Shown in pieces: positions 13,004 through 22,920 of a stretch of 64,000 bases of DNA (within the stretch, counting starts at the first letter, position 1; each line of letters starts with the position of its first letter). The notes under the pieces were generated by a model. The model had not been told where the DNA came from. It did not search any database and saw nothing but the letters and a program-made list of their open reading frames with translations. The stretch is from Eledone cirrhosa. Taxonomy: Eukaryota. The position numbers and the translations under genes are program-made. The stretch is from the NCBI GenBank assembly GCA_964016885.1, contig OZ024743.1, forward strand, positions 92,380,001 to 92,444,000, read 5' to 3'.

Positions 13004-13367
13004 TTTCTATTTTAGGCACAAGGCCAGCAATTAATATTACTGGTACTTTATTTTATCGACCCCGTAAGGATGAAAGGCAAAGTTAACCTCGGCGGGATTT
13101 GAACTCAGACTGCAAAGGGACGTAACTATGCTAGAAAGCATGGCGACCAACCCTCTACCGATACTGCCAATTCACCGCAATTTGGGAAGAGAAGGAAGTC
13201 GATTAGATCGACCCCGTGCATCACTGGTGCTTTATTTTATCGACCTCGTAAGGATGAAAAGCAAAGCTAACCTCGGCGGCATTTGAACTCCTAACGCAAA
13301 GGGCCATAACTCTATGCTGTAAAGCATGGTGTCTAACGCTCTACCGACACTGCCAATCCACCGTCCT
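13004..13367 (-). mobile_element. Two adjacent SINE copies (~13004-13178 and ~13180-13367)
   Basis: Reverse complement of the SINE core: ctggtactttattttatcgaccccgtaaggatgaaaggcaaag. Confidence 0.85.
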
Positions 13368-13603
13368 TATTTAATAATGTGTATTGTTGTCTGTGTGTTC
13401 GCTTTGTTGTTCTAGTTTATTGATAGTGTGATGTAAGTTATGGAAAAGAATAAACGAAAAAAAAAAAAGCGTGGTTTAGTAAAGAAAACATTTTGTAGGA
13501 AGAGCTATGTTTGTATGTAGAACATGTACACACATCAACAGCATTATTTATTGTATATTGTTATTAAAATGTATGACATTTATATTCTATATATACTCAC
13601 ATA

Positions 13604-13801
13604 TCTATAATATTATAAAGCTAAGTGTCGTGTGTATTATGTATGTATGTATCCTACACACCTCCCTATAGTTTGTTAGCTTTACTCTCTCCGTCGCTCT
13701 TTCTTCTCTCTATAATAGATCATTCCCCCTCTCTATAATTTAACTGCTTTACTCTCTCTGTCGCTCTTCACTCTCTAATATTATAAAGCTGAATGTCCTC
13801 A

Positions 13802-13832
<31 letters not shown>

Positions 13833-14801
13833 TTTCACCCTCTCTATAATTTAACTGCTTTACTCTCTGCCTCTCTTCACTCTCTATATGACAACACTCT
13901 TTTACTTTCCGTAGAGATTAGCGTTGTATGTAAATTCGGCTCTCTAATAGATCATTCCCCCTCTCTATAGTTTAACTGCTTCACTCTCTCTGTCGCTCTT
14001 CACTCTCTAATATTATAAAGCTGAGCGTCGTCTCTCTCTCCCTCTTTCACCCTCTCTATAATTTAACTGCTTTATTCTGTCTCTCTTCACTCTCTATATG
14101 ACAGCAGGTAATACATACATCAAAAGGCAACCCTGACAAATATAATAATTGTTTCTACTTATGGCACAAGGCCAGCAATTACTCAGTACATTACTGGTAC
14201 TTTATTTTATTGATCCCGTAAGGATGAAAGGCAAAGTTAACCTCGGCGGGATTTGAACTCAGTCCGTAAAGGGACGTAACTGTACTGCAAAGCATGGCGT
14301 CCGACCCTCTACCAATACTGCCAATCCACCACAATAATGTATGTATCCCACACACTTTTTCTGTCGTCGCTCGCATAAGTAACACACACACACGCACACA
14401 CACACACACACAAATACACATACTTTCAGACCTGATTTCATCAATTGCCGGATAACATCAAAACAAAACACACAGGCACACACATGCACATACACACATA
14501 CACAAACACACATACACATACACACAAACACACACATATCTATACTTTATATGTATGTGTGTATGTATGTAAGATCATTCCCCCTCTCTACAATTTAACT
14601 GCTTTACTCTCTCTCTGTCGCTCTTCACTCTCTATATGACAACACTGTTTTAGTTTCCGTATCTCCCATCAATATATACATAGAGAGAGAGAAAGAGAGA
14701 GTCGGAAGGACAATGTGACACGGGAGGGTGTGTGGTATCTTTGCAGTGGAGTGGTGGGGGCAGGTATACCTAGCCGAGCGCCAGCCGGACGGGCCAGCTA
14801 G
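13604..14801 (+). mobile_element. Non-autonomous Helitron-like element with internal repeats and a nested SINE
   Basis: A|TCTATAATATTATAAAGCT 5' end; GC-rich subterminal ccgagcgccagccggacgggcca then CTAG|T 3' end; inserted between A and T with no TSD. Confidence 0.65.
14150..14330 (-). mobile_element. tRNA-derived SINE (short form)
   Basis: Reverse complement of the SINE consensus. Confidence 0.85.
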
Positions 14802-14852
14802 TAACTCATACTTCTATTTTAGATATAACATTTACTACGAACCTTAAATCAC

Positions 14853-15152
14853 ATATTCTCGGGTCTCAAATAATAAGGGGTGGGGTCAGTCATATTTCTA
14901 GGTTGTCTCCGTTATTTTTTTTTAAACCAGAATTAGTCGTTTAGTTTACATATTGAGACCCCAACCCATCCTATTTTATAACATATGGGATTTCTAGTAA
15001 TGTACTTTTTTGTCATGTATAATGTTTTTTAATGTCTAAAAACAATTAGTTATCGCAGGAATGCTATCACTTAAAATAGAATTTCACTGGAGATAGATTA
15101 GCAAAATTTAATAAGCGTGGCGGGCTGGACGATTATTGGAGGACTGTGTCTA
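14853..15152 (+). mobile_element. ~300-bp MITE, copy 1 (right end decayed)
   Basis: Begins tattctcgggtctcaaat; body matches in inverted orientation to 17915-18161 and 17091-17190. Confidence 0.65.
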
Positions 15153-15619
15153 CTGGTTTTCTTTTCATTTCTCAGGCAAAAGATGCGACTCACACAAAAG
15201 TACATACATTTATTTTTTTTAATGTTTAAGTTATCAGCGTGCAGTACACACTGTTCCAGTACTTCGAAAAAGGCACTGTTTGTAGCTAAGACATTTTTTG
15301 GCTTACGAGTATCACATTAACCATTTCTTTACCATATTTCTAATGAAAGACGTATGTGTGGCCAGAGACAGTATGTTTTTTCAAATCACTTTGAAAATAT
15401 TCAAGAATTTAGGCGAGATTTAGTAACATATCTAACTTTCTCATTATTAAACTGTTGTTTGGAACATAACTCAACAACATTTCAAATCCTTTTAAAAATA
15501 ATGAAGAATTTGGAGGAATTTAACAATACGAAGCCAATGTTCAGAACATAACTTAAAGGTGAAGGAAATCTTTTTAGAAAAATATAAACACTTTAAAATA
15601 AATAGCTTAGTATTTGTAG

Positions 15620-15985
15620 AGTAGAAACAGAGGTGGTTTCAGGTGCTCTAGCACAGGAAGGATAAAACCAGGCTGGTTTTAAGTGGTTTCAGCCAGTTTG
15701 GTATCAGATGTGTAGAAACAGGGTGGTTTTAGGTGGTTTCAGCCAGTTTGGCACAGGAAGGGTAGAACCAGGGTGGTTTTAGCCAGTTTGGCACAGGAAG
15801 GGTAAAACCAGGGTGGTTTTAGGTGGTTTCAACTAGTTTGGGACATAACCAGGGTCATTTTAGGCAGCTTCATCCAGTTTGAAATAGGAAGGGTAGAAAC
15901 AGGGTGGTTTTAATTGTTTTCAGCCAGTTTGGCAATACCAGGGTGGTTTTAGGTGGTTTCAGCCAGTTTGTTATTAGAAGGATTA
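15620..15985. repeat. 40-50 bp minisatellite built from ~10-bp subunits
   Basis: gggtagaaacagggtggttttaggtggtttcagccagtttggcacaggaa repeated about 8 times. Confidence 0.85.
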
Positions 15986-16036
15986 AGGATTACTCTCATC
16001 TTGTATGACACATAAAGATATTCAAAAGACCATAAT

Positions 16037-16388
16037 TGTTTCTACTTTAGGCACAAGGCCAGCAATTACCCAGTTCATTACTGGTACTTTAGTTTATCGA
16101 CCCGGTAAGGATGAAAGGCAAAGTTAACCTCGACGGGATTTGAACTCAGACCGTAAAGGGACGTAACTATGCTGGAAAGCATGGCGTCCGACCCTCTACC
16201 GATAATGGTTTCTACTTTAGGCACAAGGCCAGCAAATACCCAGTGCATTACTGGTACTTTATTTTATCGACCCCGTAAGGATGAAAGGCAAAGTCAACCT
16301 CGGCGGGATTTGAACTCAGATTGTAAAGGGACGTAACTATGCTGGAAAGCATGGCGTCCGACCCTCTACTGATACTGCCAATTCACCT
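16037..16388 (-). mobile_element. Two tandem SINE copies (~16037-16203 and ~16207-16388)
   Basis: Reverse complement of the short-form SINE, twice. Confidence 0.85.
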
Positions 16389-17209
16389 GATATTCCGGAT
16401 ACATGAATGTTTATTTTATTTTATTTTATTTATTTTGCTTTTATTAAACAGGGTTTCATATTCATGTAAATCAATTCATATTGTCCTGCAATATGTAAAA
16501 ATCATCGATAAATTACTTCAAATCTCATTAACAAAGCAGAACACAGTTAGTAACTGCAGGAAGTGAGAAGAAACAATTAACTACATTATCTCTGGCTGCC
16601 CAATCTTAGCTAAAAAAAAAAAGTATATATCCAGACATGATAGAGTTGGGATTTACATACACTGGAAGTTATGCCTATACTACGAAATAGCAACAGAAAA
16701 AAAAGGTGCTACAAACATACACTAGAAAAGATATCAGACAGTGACAAAATGACCATACTCTGGGATTTGCCAATACACACAGACAGGGAGATCAAAGCCA
16801 ATCTACTGGATATTATAGTCAACGACCACAAAAATATATAAATATTTTCTAATTCATGTTTCTATTCTCATAGATTAAAACATATATATCAAGGAAATGC
16901 AGAAATTATCCAAATATGATGATCTGGAGATATAAATAACCCAAATGAGGAATATAAAAACAGAAACAATCCCTATAATAGTAGGTGCTCTGAGAATGAT
17001 GAAAAGCACACGGATGGATACATAACCCAAACACCAGGACTTATACAGCATACACAAAATAGCACTACTAAGCACTGCAAACATGAAGAGTACTCTCGGG
17101 TTTCAAATAATTCCCCCCCCCCCCCCCCCCCCACACACACTTATTAATTTTTTCAGATTCCCCCACACCCTAATCTATCTCTGGCAAAATTTTATTTTAA
17201 GTAGCAACC

Positions 17210-17690
17210 AATCGCCCTCACGAGCTTCGCCAGTTTCCTGGATTGTCCAGAATAAAATACCATGATCTGTCGACCAACTACATTTTCCAGTCTTTGGCAT
17301 TCGAGGCGTTTAGGGGAGTCGGGCTATTGACTGCGAGATTCCTATCTTCAATGGCGGCTCGCCTAACAGAGGTAACTGGTGATGCTCGTGAGGGTGCTTG
17401 GTTGTTCCAGCGCATCAGCCTCGCCATCACCTGAGGTAACACTGCGAGCGTGCTGGCTTGCCTCAAAAACCATTAAGGAGGTTTCCCAGTGCTCCTCACG
17501 ATACTGTTACCCTAGTCTAGTAACGGCTCCGTTGTCCACCCCTTTTGCCTGCCTTTTGTTGTATGTAGTCCCAGATGTGTTTTTTTTTTCTTTTCTCTTA
17601 TATTTTTCTTTGCTGTTTTCCTGCTACCTTTCCTTTATATTATATTTGTTTGTGCTTTCATTCTGTAAGCATTGTATTATTATATTTGTA
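17210..17690 (+). mobile_element. CRE-like RLE LINE 3' fragment
   Basis: FQSLAFEAFRGVG...FL...TGDAREGAWLFQRISLAIT*GNTASVL resembles the CRE-type C-terminal FQRLSIAIQRGNAASVL motif. Confidence 0.65.
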
Positions 17691-17850
17691 GAGAGTCGGA
17701 CGCCATGCTTTCCAGCGTAGTTACGTCTCTTTACGATCCGAGTTCAAATCCCGCCGAGGTTAACTTTGCCTTTCATCCTTACAGGGTCGATAAAATAAAG
17801 TACCAGTAATGTACTGGGTATTTGCTGGTCTTGTGCCAAAAGTAGAAACA
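17688..17850 (+). mobile_element. tRNA-derived SINE (short form, 5'-truncated)
   Basis: SINE core and tail. Confidence 0.85.
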
Positions 17851-18225
17851 ATTATTATATCTCTTTTTATACAACAGTGAATAAAATTCACCTTGGATTC
17901 TTTTATCGGTAGGAGCGATTATTAATTTTCTTTATACATTAAAAAAACTTTATACATGACAAAAAAAAAATTTAAATACTAGAAATGCCATACATTATAG
18001 AATAAATGAGTTGGGTTGGGGTCTCAATATGTAAACTTAATAGCTAATTCTAGTTTTCAAAAAAAATCAGCGGAGACAACCTCGAAAAATGATCGATTAC
18101 CCCCAACCCACCCCGCTTATTCCATAGCCACCCACCGCCTATAGTTTGAGACCCGAGAGTACTCTCAATATAATAGAAATAACAACACCAAAAACAAAAC
18201 TGCACTTAACCAGGACACAAAGGGT

Positions 18226-18568
18226 CTTCTTCTTCGTCCACATATTCCTGGGATGGTCGTGGGAGCAGAGACCTCACACATTCCTTCCAGTGGGTCCTGT
18301 CAGAAGCAACTGTCTTCAACTGATCCAGCTGGATCCTCAAGCGTGACCAGACAAGCTCATGAATGTTATCCAACCATCTTGCTCGAGGTCCATCCATGGA
18401 TCTCCTGCCTGTTGGTTTTACCGATAAAATCTGCCCAGCGATTCTTTCCTGAGACATTCTAACCACATACTCATAGTATCTGAGCTGATCTCTCAATTCT
18501 GAGGAATATCGGTCCTACCTCGAGTGACTCCCTGATCGCCGAGTTACACACTTAATCGAGTAACATTT
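18226..18568 (-). mobile_element. RTE-like LINE 3' fragment abutting the array edge
   Basis: QLRYYEYVVRM...PTGRRSMDGPRARWLDNI...DRTHWK; (GAA)n tail; same family as 8275-8750. Confidence 0.8.
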
Positions 18569-20040
18569 TGTATTGAAAACTTCCGATATTTTAAAATTTT
18601 ATTCCGTCCGGCTACAGGAACAATGATTCTCGTATTTATTTTAGAAAATATTTATTTAACGCAAATTTAGCTGCTTTTTCTAGCAGATAATATGACTACG
18701 TTACTTTACAGGCGTTTGCATTCAACATGATCCACATGTATAATAACGAACCGAGGATGATTGAAATGTAATGCTGCTGTAAAGTTAGAAAAGATTTATG
18801 TAAAAGTTTATTAAGCAAAAGTTGATTACCTCTAATATCTTTTGACGCTAGAAAACACACTGGCAACCTTACTGCGGATGATAGCGAGTCTAAGAAGCTG
18901 ATACAACCAAGCACACTCGCAGTCAGCGTCTGATACCTCGGTAAGGCGAGTGGCCAACTATGACAAAAAGTTCGTTGTTAGTGGACCAGCTCCTGCAAAC
19001 GTCTTAGAAGCTACAGGCTGGAAAAACAGAGTTTGTTGATAATTTCCGATGTTTCAAAGTTATATTCCGTCCGCCTTCGGAAGTAGTGAGCCTGCTATAT
19101 ACGCTAGAAAATATTTATTGAACAAAGATTTGGCTGCTTTTTCTAGCATGTAAAATGAGGGTCCATTTATACCACTTTCCATCCTAATCAGAAACCATCA
19201 AGTTAACACCGAGATTCAAAGAAAAGCTCCCATCACAACTGCTATCACTTTCGCATTTCCCTCTGAAAATATTAAATCGAAACGAAAGAAAGTATTGAGC
19301 CAACACTAAGTGTGTCGATCGGTCACATAACGGGTTCCGGAGCCTACCTGTAATAGCTTTTGATACTAGAAAACACACTGGCAACCTTACTGCGGATGAT
19401 AGCGAGTCTAAGAAGCTGATACAACCAAGCACACTCGCAGTCAGCGTCTGATACCTCGGTAAGGCGAGTGGCCAACTATGACAAAAAGTTCGTTGTTAGT
19501 GGACCAGCTCCTGCAAACGTCTTAGAAGCTACAGGCTGGAAAAACATAGTTTGTTGATAATTTCCGATATTTCAAAGTTATATTCCGTCCGCCTTCGGAA
19601 GTAGTGAGCCTGCTATATACTCTAGAAAATATTTATTGAACAAAATTTGGCTGCTTTTTCTAGCATGTAAAATGAGCACATTTCTTTAGAGCCGTTCGAA
19701 TCGAAGATGATGGACATGTGTAATAATTAATTCGGAATGGGTATCGTAGCTAGTTATTTGGCCGAGTTATATAAACAAAAAGAGAACATAAGTTTTAAAG
19801 ACAGCAATATCGACAACTATGCGATACTCTCGTAGTTAATAACGTGTGCTAATTTATAAGTTAGATGAGATTTATGTAAAAGTTTATTAAGCAACCTAAA
19901 TTGCTTGAAAATACTATGTTCTATGGTTGAAAGTATGAAAAATGTAAAATAGAAAATTAAAGTATAAAAATTACTGTAAAAGAAAGATATTTAGTGAGTT
20001 GTTTTATACAATAAAACTATTAAATTGAGTGTAAGATTTC

Positions 20041-20160
20041 GTTTACGGCCATATCCCGCTGAAAACACCGGTTCTCGTCCGATCACCGAAGTTAATCAAC
20101 GTCGGGCCTAGTTAGTACTTGGATGGGTGACCGCTTGGGAACCCTAGGTGCCGTAAGCGT
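20041..20160 (+). rRNA. RNA5S: 5S rRNA copy 1 (G56T, A65G variant)
   Basis: Recognisable 5S sequence and fold; helix I gtttacggc/gccgtaagc; ICR; T-run. Confidence 0.95.
20090..20137 (+). promoter_or_regulatory. Pol III type-1 internal control region (box A, IE, box C); present in every unit
   Basis: 5S +50..+97: agttaa(g/t)caacgtcg ... tggatgggtgaccgcttg. Confidence 0.85.
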
Positions 20161-20170
20161 TTATTTTTTT
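20160..20170 (+). terminator. Pol III oligo-T terminator; present in every unit
   Basis: tttattttttt immediately after the 5S 3' end. Confidence 0.9.
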
Positions 20171-20209
20171 AAAAAATTAATTTCTTTTCAGAGCTGTTTA
20201 TTTTTTACT

Positions 20210-20248
20210 TGGGTGAGCGCTTAGGAAACCGACCTGCTGTAAACATTT
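20210..20248 (+). pseudogene. Degenerate copy of 5S nt ~84-122 in the spacer; present in every unit
   Basis: Typical unit tgggtgagcgcttaggaaaccgagctgctgtaaacattt vs 5S tgggtgaccgcttgggaaccctaggtgccgtaagcgttt: ungapped, 31/39 identical (this unit has one more change). Confidence 0.75.
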
Positions 20249-20371
20249 CCCTTTTTCTTTCTTTAGTTAGTTTGATTTGCAAGCTTTTCTCTCCAGTGTC
20301 TGTTAGTTTCAAAATAATTATGCACGCAAACTTTTTCCTTTCTTTCAACTCTACCCTTCGCATACACACTA

Positions 20372-21056
20372 CTGCAAACGTCTTATAGGCTACCGACTGC
20401 AAAAACAGAGTTTGTTGATAATTTCAGATATTTCAAACTTTTATTCCGTCTGCCTTCGGAAGTAGTGAGCCTGCTATATACGCTAGAAAATATTTATTGA
20501 ACAAAGATTTGGCTGCTTTTTCTAGCATGTAAAATGAGGGTCCATTTATACCACTTTCCATCCTAATAAGAAACCATCATTTTAACACCGAGATTCAAAG
20601 AAAAGCTCCCATCACAACTGCTATCACTTTCGCATTTCCCTCTGAAAATATTAAATCGAAACGAAAGAAAGTATTGAGCCAACACTAAGTGTGTCGATCG
20701 GTCACATAACGGGTTCCGGAGCCTACCTGTAATAGCTTTTGATACTAGAAAACACACTGGCAACCTTACTGCGGATGATAGCGAGTCTAAGAAGCTGATA
20801 CAACCAAGCACACTCGCAGTCAGCGTCTGATACCTCGGTAAGGCGAGTGGCCAACTATGACAAGAAGTTCGTTGTTAGTGGACCAGCTCCTGCAAACGTC
20901 TTAGAAGCTACAGGCTGGAAAAACATAGTTTGTTGATAATTTCCGATGTTTCAAAGTTATATTCCGTCCGCCTTCGGAAGTAGTGAGCCTGCTATATACT
21001 CTAGAAAATATTTATTGAACAAAGATTTGGCTGCTTTTTCTAGCATGTAAAATGAG
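20372..21056 (+). repeat. Two 167-bp direct sub-repeats in the spacer (20372-20538 and 20890-21056); present in every unit
   Basis: ctgcaaacgtctta...ttccgtc(c/t)gccttcggaagtagtgagcctgctatata...tctagcatgtaaaatgag twice, 518 bp apart. Confidence 0.95.
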
Positions 21057-21420
21057 CACATTTCTTTAGAGCCGTTCGAATCGAAGATGATGGACATGTG
21101 TAATAATTAATTCGGAATGGGTATCGTAGCTAGTTATTTGGCCGAGTTATATAAACAAAAAGAGAACATAAGTTTTAAAGACAGCAATATCGACAACTAT
21201 GCGATACTCTCGTAGTTAATAACGTGTGCTAATTTATAAGTTAGATGAGATTTATGTAAAAGTTTATTAAGCAACCTAAATTGCTTGAAAATACTATGTT
21301 CTATGGTTGAAAGTATGAAAAATGTAAAACAGAAAATTAAAGTATAAAAATTACTGTAAAAGAAAGGTGTTTAGTGAGTTGTTTTATACAATAAAACTAT
21401 TAAATTGAGTGTAAGCTTTC

Positions 21421-21540
21421 GTTTACGGCCATATCCCGCTGAAAACACCGGTTCTCGTCCGATCACCGAAGTTAAGCAACGTCGAGCCTAGTTAGTACTT
21501 GGATGGGTGACCGCTTGGGAACCCTAGGTGCCGTAAGCGT
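21421..21540 (+). rRNA. RNA5S: 5S rRNA copy 2
   Basis: Array consensus. Confidence 0.95.
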
Positions 21541-22800
21541 TTATTTTTTTAAAAAATTAATTTCTTTTCAGAGCTGTTTATTTTTTACTTGGGTGAGCGC
21601 TTAGGAAACCGAGCTGCTGTAAACATTTCCCTTTTTCTTTCTTTAGTTAGTTTGATTTGCAAGCTTTTCTCTCCACTGTCTGTTAGTTTCAAAATAATTA
21701 TGCACGCAAACTTTTTCCTTTCTTTCAACTCTACCCTTCGCATACACACTACTGCAAACGTCTTATAGGCTACCGACTGCAAAAACAGAGTTTGTTGATA
21801 ATTTCAGATATTTCAAACTTTTATTCCGTCTGCCTTCGGAAGTAGTGAGCCTGCTATATACGCTAGAAAATATTTATTGAACAAAGATTTGGCTGCTTTT
21901 TCTAGCATGTAAAATGAGGGTCAATTTATACCACTTTCCATCCTAATCAGAAACCATCAAGTTAACACCGAGATTCAAAGAAAAGCTCCCATCACAACTG
22001 CTATCACTTTCGCATTTCCCTCTGAAAATATTAAATCGAAACGAAAGAAAGTATTGAGCCAACACTAAGTGTGTCGATCGGTCACATAACGGGTTCCGGA
22101 GCCTACCTGTAATAGCTTTTGATACTAGAAAACACACTGGCAACCTTACTGCGGATGATAGCGAGTCTAAGAAGCTGATACAACCAAGCAGACTCGCAGT
22201 CAGCGTCTGATACCTCGGTAAGGCGAGTGGCCAACTATGACAAAAAGTTCGTTGTTAGTGGACCAGCTCCTGCAAACGTCTTAGAAGCTACAGGCTGGAA
22301 AAACATAGTTTGTTGATAATTTCCGATGTTTCAAAGTTATATTCCGTCCGCCTTCGGAAGTAGTGAGCCTGCTATATACTCTAGAAAATATTTATTGAAC
22401 AAAGATTTGGCTGCTTTTTCTAGCATGTAAAATGAGCACATTTCTTTAGAGCCGTTCGAATCGAAGATGATGGACATGTGTAATAATTAATTAGGAATGG
22501 GTATCGTAGCTAGTTATTTGGCCGAGTTATATAAACAAAAAGAGAACATAAGTTTTAAAGACAGCAATATCGACAACTATGCGATACTCTCGTAGTTAAT
22601 AACGTGTGCTAATTTAAAAGTTAGATGAGATTCATGTAAAAGTTTATTAAGCAACCTAAATTGCTTGAAAATACTATGTTCTATGGTTGAAAGTATGAAA
22701 AATGTAAAATAGAAAATTAAAGTATAAAAATTACTGTAAAAGAAAGGTGTTTAGTGAGTGGTTTTATACAATAAAACTATTAAATTGAGTGTAAGCTTTC

Positions 22801-22920
22801 GTTTACGGCCATTTCCCGCTGAAAACACCGGTTCTCGTCCGATCACCGAAGTTAAGCAACGTCGAGCCTAGTTAGTACTTGGATGGGTGACCGCTTGGGA
22901 ACCCTAGGTGCCGTAAGCGT
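22801..22920 (+). rRNA. RNA5S: 5S rRNA copy 3 (A13T)
   Basis: 5S sequence. Confidence 0.95.

Larger units (their letters stand above)
17091..18161 (-). mobile_element. MITE copy 2 with TA target duplication, carrying nested inserts
   Basis: TA|ctctcgggtttcaaa ... tttgagacccgagag|TA terminal inverted repeats. Confidence 0.75.
16490..18225 (+). mobile_element. R4/Dong-like (restriction-like endonuclease) LINE 3' fragment, split by a MITE at 17093-18161
   Basis: Zinc-knuckle region CRK*EETINYIISGCPILA..YISRHDRVGIYIHWKLC; ILWDLPIHTDREIKANLLDIIV; IPIIVGAL; ends ..RVLSI* once the MITE is removed. Confidence 0.8.

Noticed and set aside
14853-18161. A single 3.3-kb transposon with ~200-bp terminal inverted repeats
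   Set aside because: Resolves into two independent, oppositely oriented copies of one ~300-bp MITE; the second has its own TIRs and TA duplication.
20826-20848. Hammerhead-like ctgata-cct..agg-cgag in the spacer
   Set aside because: Lacks both the CUGANGA and GAAA core sequences.
20960-21050. U6 snRNA-like words (cttcgg, atatact, aagatt, tagcatg) in the sub-repeat
   Set aside because: Spacing is wrong, there is no ACAGAGA box in position, and the U6 3' half is absent; likely chance.
21030-21095. tRNA gene around gttcgaatc
   Set aside because: No cloverleaf or convincing A-box; only an isolated B-box-like word.
20539-21420. U1, U2, U5 or spliced-leader RNA linked to 5S
   Set aside because: No diagnostic 5' sequences or clear Sm site with flanking stems seen by eye on either strand; a covariance search is still advisable.
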